A stretch of DNA of 64,000 nt from an uncultured Actinomycetes bacterium. GTDB lineage: Bacteria > Actinomycetota > Thermoleophilia > Gaiellales > F1-60-MAGs149. The DNA lies in assembly GCA_963722525.1 (NCBI GenBank), contig CAVRMM010000002.1, forward strand, positions 1,467,925-1,531,924, written 5' to 3'. The notes under the pieces were generated by a model that saw only the letters and a list, made by a program, of their open reading frames with translations, searched no databases and was not told the DNA's origin. The position numbers and the translations under genes were made by a program. Below, in pieces: positions 58,080 through 64,000 of the stretch. Within the stretch, counting starts at the first letter, position 1. Each line of letters begins with the position of its first letter.

Positions 58080-59273
58080 TCAGACAGACGTCACGGAAAT
58101 CACCGACCCGAGGTTCACGACGCGGCTCGCGCGATGCCCGACGAGCCCCTCGAGCGTGAAGGACAGCACCGCCTCCTCGTCGACCAGATCGTCGTACGCC
58201 GTGCCGATCCACACACCGAGCGCGTAGCCGCCAGTATGAAGGATCGGCGGCACGCGCATCGTCGCCCGGTAGCGCCCGGCCGGCACGGTCTCGGCGGCGG
58301 CGAGACCCGGGCGCCACGCCTCGTCGATCACCCGCACGCCGTCTCCGCGCGTGAGGAACAGCGCCAGGTTGAGCGCCGGCGCCGGCTCGCGGACGGCGAA
58401 GTCGATCTCGAGCTCCAGCGGCTCCTCGCGACGCAGCGCGCCACCGCCGCCGCCCGCGTTCGCCGCCCGCGCCGCCAGCAGCGCCACCACTCCGGCGCCC
58501 TCGTCGGCGAACACGCGCTCCGCCGCCGACGACGCCACCGCGTCGAGGTACGCGCGAGACGGTCGCGGCCGCCGGGCCGTCGGCGCGCACCCGGCCGTCG
58601 TGCAGCCAGATCACGCGGCTGCAGAGGTGCGAGACGGCGTCCAGGTCGTGCGAGACGAACACCACCGTCCGGCCGCCGTCGCCGGCCGCGCGAAGCGCTC
58701 CCAGGCAGCGCTGCTGGAACTCCGCGTCGCCGACGGCGAGCACCTCGTCGATCAGCAGGATGTCGGGCTCGAGATGTGCGGCGACCGCGAACGCGAGGCG
58801 CAGGTACTGCCCCGACGAGTAGCGCTTCACCGGCGTGTCGAGCAGCGCCGCGACGCCGGCGAACGCGACGATGTCGTCCAGCCGCGCAGCCACCTCGCGC
58901 CGGCGCAGCCCGTAGAGGGCACCGGCCAGGTAGGCGTTCTCGCGGCCCGTCAGCTCGGGGTGGAACCCTGCGCCCACCTCGAGCAGCGCCGCGACGCGGC
59001 CGCGGGTGCGCGAGACTCCGGCGGTCGGCTCGGTGATGCGCGCGAGGATGCGGAGGAGGGTCGTCTTCCCCGCGCCGTTGGCGCCGATCACGGCGACGGC
59101 CTCGCCCTCGGGCACCTGCAGCGTCACGTCGTCGAGCGACAGCACCTCGCGCGGCGTCGTGCGCCCGCCCCGTCCGCGCAGCGCCTCCCGGAGCGTCGTC
59201 GCCTGGCCCTGCCCGAGCAGGTAGCGCTTCGACAGGTGCTCGGTCTCGATCGCGTTCACGGCCCGGTGCAGCA
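58080..59273 (-). pseudogene. wzt: polysaccharide/O-antigen ABC exporter ATP-binding protein (Wzt/TagH-like) with C-terminal extension domain, one frameshift near 58545
   Basis: From the ATG at 59273 the sequence reads MLHRAVNAIETEHLSKRY...VIGANGAGKTTLLRIL (Walker A), YSSGQYLRLAFAVA (signature), LLIDEVLAVGD (Walker B), VFVSHD. The C-terminal beta-rich domain (ORF 58080..58538: LELEIDFAVREP...GGYALGVWIGTAYDD...) lies in another frame. Confidence 0.8.
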
Positions 59274-59347
59274 TCGCACCGCCACCGGTCGACCGGGCAC
59301 CGCAGGGGCCGTGGGTCCGCGATACAAACCCGCGAACGAGCTGCTCG

Positions 59348-60166
59348 TCAGATGACGTCGGCGAAGCGGCGCTCGCCCCGGGCGAACACCGCGGCGCCGA
59401 GCACGAGCAGCACGACCGCCATCGCCACCGAGGCGACGATCGGCGCACCCGGACCGGGCGCGTCGAGCAGTCCGGCGCGCAGCAGGTCGAGCGCACCGGC
59501 GATGGGGTTCAGGTAGTAGACCCACCGCAGGTCGTCGGCGACGAGCGTCGACGGGTAGGCGACCGGGCTGGCGAACAGCCACAGCTGCACGAGCAGGCCG
59601 ATGGCGTGGCCGACGTCGCGGTAGCGCACGTGCAGCGTGCCGAGTGCGAGGCCGACGCCGAGCGCCGTGGCCGCGATCAGCGCGATCGCGGCCGGGGCGA
59701 GCACGATCGCCGGCCCCGGCGCGACGCCGTAGTACACGCACAGCGGCACCAGCACGAGCAGACCGACGGCGAGGTCGGCGAGGCCCGGCAGAAGCGCGGC
59801 GAGCGGCGCCGCCAGCCGCGGGAACCACACCTTGGTGACGAGGGTGGCGTTGCGCACCAGCGCCCCCGAGCAGGCCAGCAGCGCGCCCGAGAAGTACGTC
59901 CACCCGACCCACCCCGCGTACGCGAACAGCAGGTAGGGCGTATCGCCGGTGTCGATGCCGGCGAGGCGCGAGAACGCGACCGTGAAGATGATCGCGCCCG
60001 ACAGCGGCAGCAGTGCCGCCCAGGCCGCGCCGAAGAACGCCTGGCGGTAGCGGACGGTCACGTCGCGCCGCGCGAAGGTGGCGACGAGGTGCCGGTAGCG
60101 CCACACCTCCGCCACGTCGAGCGCACGCCAGCCCCGGGTCGGGCGATTCTCGGTCCACTCGCTCAT
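59348..60166 (-). CDS. wzm: ABC-2 type polysaccharide exporter permease (Wzm/TagG-like)
   Basis: From the ATG at 60166 the ORF is uninterrupted (273 aa) with six TM helices: MSEWTENRPTRGWRALDVAEVWRYRHLVATFARRDVTVRYRQAFFGAAWAALLPL... Confidence 0.8.
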   Translation of the reverse strand: MSEWTENRPTRGWRALDVAEVWRYRHLVATFARRDVTVRYRQAFFGAAWAALLPLSGAIIFTVAFSRLAGIDTGDTPYLLFAYAGWVGWTYFSGALLACSGALVRNATLVTKVWFPRLAAPLAALLPGLADLAVGLLVLVPLCVYYGVAPGPAIVLAPAAIALIAATALGVGLALGTLHVRYRDVGHAIGLLVQLWLFASPVAYPSTLVADDLRWVYYLNPIAGALDLLRAGLLDAPGPGAPIVASVAMAVVLLVLGAAVFARGERRFADVI

Positions 60167-60207
60167 CCGTCCCATTGTCCGGGACGTACCGGACAATGGG
60201 ACGGATG
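60164..60207. repeat. 44-bp near-perfect palindrome (19-bp perfect arms, 6-nt centre) spanning both divergent start codons (wzm ATG 60166-60164; GT2 ATG 60205-60207)
   Basis: catccgtcccattgtccgg gacgta ccggacaatgggacggatg. Both strands encode the same ...VPLSGT.RTMGRM peptide string (visible in ORFs 59348..60856 and 60013..61008). Confidence 0.9.
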
Positions 60208-60994
60208 GCGTTACCGATCTCCGTCGTGATCCCGCTGCGCCGAGGTGCGCGCGTCGCGGCCGAGGTGCGCGCCAGGCTCGGCGGCCGACGACGCGGTCGC
60301 CGAGGTGCTCGCGATCGAGGACGCGGGCGGCGGACCCAACGAGGCGCGGCAGCGCGGCTGCGAGCAGGCGACCGGCGAGGTCGTGCTCCTGCTGGACGCC
60401 GACGTGGTGCCCGGCCCGGGCCTGGCGTCGGGCCACGCGGCGCACCACGCCGCCCGCGCGGGCCTCGTCGTCGCCGGGCCGATGCCGGTCGCAGCCCCGC
60501 GGGGCGCACCCGCGCGCCTGTACGACGACGCCTACGGCAAGTGGCTGGACGAGGTCGAGCGCGACCCGGCGCTGCTGCTGCGGCGGCTGTGGGGCGGCAA
60601 CGTCTCGCTGCGCCGCGCCGACGCGCTGTGCGTCGGCGTCGACGAGCCGGCGATGCGCGGACTGCGGCACGAGGACCGCGAGCTCGGCCTGCGGCTGGCC
60701 GCGGCCGGGCTGACCGGCGTGTTCGACCCGAAGCTGGCCGCCGAGCACCGGTACGAGCGCGACCTGGCCAGCTTCTGCGCCGACTGCCGGGCCGAGGGCG
60801 CGGGGCTCGTGGCGCTGCACCGGCTGCATCCGGAGCTCGGTCCCGTGCAAGTGCACGGAACGTTCCGTGCACTTGCACGTCCCGGCGTCTCCATGGCCCT
60901 GATCGCGATCCTGCGCCTCGGCGGACCGCTGGCCGCGGGCCGGCTGCTGCGACGGCTCGAGATCGCGCGCGGCGTGGCGGTGGCCGGTGGCTGA
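60205..60994 (+). pseudogene. GT2-family glycosyltransferase, one frameshift near 60245
   Basis: The start reads MALPISVVIPLRR, after which ORF 60245..60994 continues: AVAEVLAIEDAGGGPNEARQRGCEQATGEVVLLLDADVV...WGGNVSLRRADAL...EDRELGLRL. Confidence 0.65.
60844..60879. repeat. perfect 36-bp palindrome inside the GT2 coding sequence (12 codons, frame-preserving)
   Basis: cgtgcaagtgcacggaacgttccgtgcacttgcacg is its own reverse complement. It encodes VQVHGTFRALAR and is visibly less GC-rich than its surroundings. Confidence 0.9.
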
Positions 60995-61862
60995 CCGCGC
61001 TCCCGTGACGGTGATCGTGCCGACGATCGGCCGGCCGCAGATGCTGGCGCGCCTGCTCCACTCGCTCGCGGCCGGCGTCGTGCAGCCGGCGGAGGTGCTG
61101 GTGTGCGACCAGTCCGGCGCGCGGGAGACGCGAGCGCTCTGCGACGGCTACGCGCCACTCACCGCGCGCTGGACCGACGGCGGCGCACCCGGCATCGCCC
61201 GCGCCATGAACACCGGCCTGCGCGGCGCGCACCACGACCTCGTGCTGATCACGAACGACGACATCACCGTCGCGCCCGACTGGGTCGCGCGCGCCCACGC
61301 CCACCTGGTCGCCGACCCTGCCTCGCTGGTCACCGGCCGCGTGCTGGCGGGCGGCGACGACCCGAGCCGCGTGCCGTCGACCATGCTCTACCCGCACCCG
61401 CGCGACTTCACGAAGCCGCAGCCGTGGGGTCTCTTCCCCGGCAATGCCGGCGGCGCCCGCGCGCCCCTGCTGGACCTCGGCGGGTTCGACGAGCGCGACG
61501 CCTTCGGCGTCGCCGCCGAGGACAACGACCTGGCCTGGAGATGGCTGCGGACGGGCCGTTCGATCCGATACCGGCCCGAGCTGATGGTGTGGCACCACGA
61601 TTGGAGGACTGACAAGGAGATCGTTGACCGCTACGTTGAGTACGGTCGGGGTCAGGGTGCGCTGTACGCGAAGCACCTCAAAGCCGGCGACCTGCGCATC
61701 GCGCCGTGGCTCGCCCGCGACGTGGCGCGCGGGCTACGCGCCCAGGCGGGGCGCTACCTCAAGCGGCGGGCGCCGCACACAGACTGGCGGCAGGGGCTCT
61801 TCCCCGGCGTTCTCGTGGGATTCGTGCGCGGCGCGACTCCTCATCCACCACAGCGCAGCTGA
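60987..61862 (+). CDS. GT2-family glycosyltransferase
   Basis: Uninterrupted 291-aa ORF with VTVIVPTIGRPQMLARLLHSL, ARAMNTGLRGAHHDLVLITNDD and GVAAEDNDLAWRW. The GTG start overlaps the upstream stop. Confidence 0.8.
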   Translation: MADRAPVTVIVPTIGRPQMLARLLHSLAAGVVQPAEVLVCDQSGARETRALCDGYAPLTARWTDGGAPGIARAMNTGLRGAHHDLVLITNDDITVAPDWVARAHAHLVADPASLVTGRVLAGGDDPSRVPSTMLYPHPRDFTKPQPWGLFPGNAGGARAPLLDLGGFDERDAFGVAAEDNDLAWRWLRTGRSIRYRPELMVWHHDWRTDKEIVDRYVEYGRGQGALYAKHLKAGDLRIAPWLARDVARGLRAQAGRYLKRRAPHTDWRQGLFPGVLVGFVRGATPHPPQRS

Positions 61863-61896
61863 GGCTGCGACCGACAGAACGGTAGGCTCGCGCACC

Positions 61897-62936
61897 ATGA
61901 TCAGCACGCGACGGCTGACGGTACTGACCGTGGGCATCCTGGCCGCCCTGCCGGCCGCCGCGACTGCGGCGGTGACGTGCCCGGCGCAGCCGAGGCTGGA
62001 CGCCTGGGCGGGCTCGGCCAAGACGGTCACGATGGCTCCGTGCAGCGGCAGCGGCACCCTGCGTCTACGCGGTCGCCACGCCGCCGCTGAACGGCGTCGC
62101 GACTGCGCCGGGAATCGACGGCAAGTTCGTGTTCACGGGCACGTTCAACCCCAACGGCCCCGATCCGACCGGCGCCGATTCGGTCACCTTCAGCGTCGTC
62201 GACGCATCGGCGGTTCCCGTCGAGGTGGTCGTTCCGATCGACATCGGCCCCGCGCCGGTCCTCACCACGACCTTCAAGGCGAAGGATCTGCGCCAAGGAC
62301 CAGCCGCTGCAGGACGGACGGCCGACGTTCGACGTCTTCTACAAGACGCAGGTGACCGCCACCTCGACGCTCACCGACCCGACGCCGGGCACGCCGCTGG
62401 CAGCCTTCAACGTGCGCTTCCGGAGCGGTCTCGGCGTCGCGAAGCAGGCGCCCACCAACGCCGCCGGTCGCGTGGCGACGAAGTTCAAGCCGCTGGTGAG
62501 CGACGAGTACGCGTTCGACGTCCCGACGATCAAGGGCAGCTTCGTCGACGGCTACGTCTTCTGGGTCGCGCCGGACTGGAAGCTGGCGTCGACGTTCCCC
62601 GTCAAGAACCGCAAGTTCGTCATCTCCGGGCGCCTCCTCGCCAAGAAGTCGGCCCGCACCCGGGGCAGCTACGTGCGCTTCCAGCGGAAGAAGGGCTCGA
62701 AGTGGGTGACGGTCGTCTCGAAGGTGCCCGTCTCGTCGGCGATGACGTTCACCGTCAAGGTCTCGCGCGCCAACTACGCCGGCAAGCGCGTGCGCTTCCG
62801 CTACGTCTCGAAGAACCTCGACTACATCGGCTCGAGCTTCGCGTTCACCGTCAAGGCGGCGACGCCGAAGGCACGCGTGTCGAGCCGCGCCGGCACCGGC
62901 TACGGCACCGCCGGCGTCCGCCGCGCCACGCGGTAG
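61897..62936 (+). pseudogene. secreted protein of unknown function (paralogue of 63006..63798), 2 frameshifts
   Basis: Signal peptide: MISTRRLTVLTVGILAALPAAATAA. Further fragments: FVFTGTFNPNGPDPTGADSVTFSVVDASAVPVEVVVPIDIG (second frame), and ORF 62352..62936 (YAFDVPTIKGSF...APDWKLASTFPV...ISGRLLAKKSARTRGSYVRFQRKKGSKWVTV...RFRYVSKNLDYIGSS). Confidence 0.45.
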
Positions 62937-63005
62937 CGACCGCCCGCCAGAGCGCCTCGACCGCGGCCGAGCGGTCGAGGCGCGCTCCTGGTAATCTCGC
63001 ACCCC

Positions 63006-63798
63006 ATGAACCACGTGCTGGCGGATTCCGGTTCTCACTGTCCTGCTGGCCGTCGTGCCGGCCACCACCGCGGCGGCCGCCCCCGGCGTGCTCCACGTCG
63101 CCCTCAACGGCCGGGGAATCCCCGCCGGCACGCAGCTCCGTGACGGCCACCGCACGTTCGACGTCCCGTTCCGGACGCCAGTCTTCGCCACGGCGACGAT
63201 CACCGATGCGGCGACTGCGGCGCCGCTGGCCGGCGTTCCGATCCGCCTCTCCGGCAACGGCACGGCGCTGCAGCCCACCAACGCCGGCGGCACCGCCGTG
63301 CTGCGCCTGACGTCGCTGGAGACGGGGTCGTACACCTTCGACGTCCCCTCGCTGACCGGCACCGCCGCCCAGCGCGTGCGGCTCCGGGTCGCCCCCAGCT
63401 GGAAGGTCGCGCCGGCGTTCCCCGTCCGCCGTGGCAAGCTCGTCGTCAGCGCCCGCCTCCTGGCGCTCAGGTCGGCGCGCGAGGACGGGAGCTACGTGAA
63501 GCTGCAGGTGCGATCCGGCCGGCACTGGGTGACGGTGAAGCGCCTGCCGATCTCCCGCACGCTGCTGGTCTCGGCGCGGCTCCCGCGCTCGGCCTACGCC
63601 GACAGGCGGATGCGCTTCGTGTACGTGTCGAGAACCGACTACATCGGCTCGAGCCGGGTGTTCGTCGCCCGGGCGGAGCGCCCAGACGCGGACGACGGCG
63701 CGGGCGGCGGCACCACGAACTTCGGCGGCCCCGGCCTCGGCGGCGCCGGCAACGGCGGCCTGGTCGGCGGGGGCGACGGCAGCTGCGCCGGCTGCTGA
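63006..63798 (+). pseudogene. secreted protein of unknown function with Gly-rich C-terminal tail (paralogue of 61897..62936), one frameshift near 63025
   Basis: The ATG at 63006 reads MNHVLA, then IPVLTVLLAVVPATTAAAAPG in the frame of ORF 63055..63798. The shared domain is YTFDVPSLTG...APSWKVAPAFPV...VSARLLALRSAREDGSYVKLQVRSGRHWVTV...RFVYVSRTDYIGSS. The tail is GGTTNFGGPGLGGAGNGGLVGGGDGSCAGC. Confidence 0.45.
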
Positions 63799-63802
63799 GC
63801 GG

Positions 63803-64000
63803 CTAGAGCCCGAACAGCAGCCGTAGCGCGGCGACCGTCTGCGAGCGGTCGAGGCCGGCCGGGTCGACCGGCGACTCCGCCCCGTCGTGCAGCAGCACCA
63901 CGGCGTCGGGACCGAGGTGGCGGATCTTCGCGAACAGCGTGTGCGCCTCGACGGCCGGCGCCCAGTCCTCGGCGTCGAGGTCCCAGTGATCGTGCTCGAG
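63803..64000 (-). CDS. polysaccharide deacetylase (NodB-homology)-like protein, C-terminal 65 aa only (gene runs off the window end)
   Basis: Minus-strand translation reads LEHDHWDLDAEDWAPAVEAHTLFAKIRHLGPDAVVLLHDGAESPVDPAGLDRSQTVAALRLLFGL, ending at TAG 63803-63805. The VLLHDG...T..AL pattern is typical of NodB-type deacetylase C-termini. Confidence 0.4.
   Translation of the reverse strand, partial: LEHDHWDLDAEDWAPAVEAHTLFAKIRHLGPDAVVLLHDGAESPVDPAGLDRSQTVAALRLLFGL

Noticed and set aside
59256-61676. 806-aa minus-strand ORF antisense to the two GT2 genes. Similar long Arg-rich ORFs also occur, for example 1280..2353, 2667..4814, 20068..20784 and 60013..61008.
   Set aside because: The composition is extremely Arg/Pro/Ala-rich with no recognisable domains. 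These ORFs overlap well-supported genes on the other strand or frame, so they are GC-driven artefacts.
1-64000. Search by eye for rRNA, tRNA, transposase or integrase genes, prophage or toxin-antitoxin modules, and programmed frameshift sites explaining the broken genes.
   Set aside because: None was recognised. The intergenic gaps are too short or lack tRNA-like conserved arms. No DDE or tyrosine-recombinase motifs appear in any frame. The frame breaks are too numerous and too varied in context to be programmed. A proper tRNAscan/Infernal/ISfinder run is still needed.

Overview
This is a very GC-rich, gene-dense chromosomal window of actinobacterial character (lineage is inference only).

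**Left end (1-12.1 kb, all minus strand).** SAM/methionine-cycle and nucleotide-sugar genes: an mtnA fragment, ahcY, a phosphoglucose/phosphomannose isomerase and a GDP-mannose pyrophosphorylase. They are followed by a UDP-glucose 6-dehydrogenase split by a 469-aa LAGLIDADG intein exactly at the catalytic GGSC|FPKD motif, an LCP (LytR-CpsA-Psr) protein, and a badly disrupted metH.

**From ~13.7 kb to the right end.** Essentially one ~50-kb cell-envelope glycan super-locus containing:
- an ECF sigma / anti-sigma-like / TPR module
- three O-antigen-ligase/Wzy-family proteins and a Wzz-like protein
- 14 glycosyltransferases and a WbaP-type priming transferase
- a Wzc-type BY-kinase with a GYGYGYGYG tail
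- three Wzx/MOP flippases and an acetyltransferase
- two GH26-like hydrolases
- a 10-gene translationally coupled operon (54026 down to 42987) with a large DUF2206-like membrane protein
- a Wzm/Wzt ABC exporter with two GT2 genes

Interspersed are large secreted repeat proteins (a PD40-like propeller with PASTA, and an FN3 protein), an EAL-DICT c-di-GMP protein, a BKACE enzyme and small DUF proteins. I recognised no rRNA, tRNA, CRISPR array, transposase or integrase.

**Non-genic signals.**
- A 13-bp palindromic core GGTGCC(A/T)GGCACC occurs four times, as two pairs in two intergenic regions.
- A 44-bp near-perfect palindrome covers both divergent start codons of wzm and a GT2 gene.
- A perfect 36-bp palindrome sits in-frame inside that GT2 gene.
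- There are several coding tandem repeats.

**Caveat.** About half of the protein genes (roughly 28 of ~53) are interrupted by single-base frameshifts, plus one in-frame TAG in metH, while their neighbours are intact. From one sequence I cannot tell sequencing or assembly error from real decay. Boundaries of interrupted genes and frameshift positions were reconstructed by eye from overlapping ORF fragments and are approximate.
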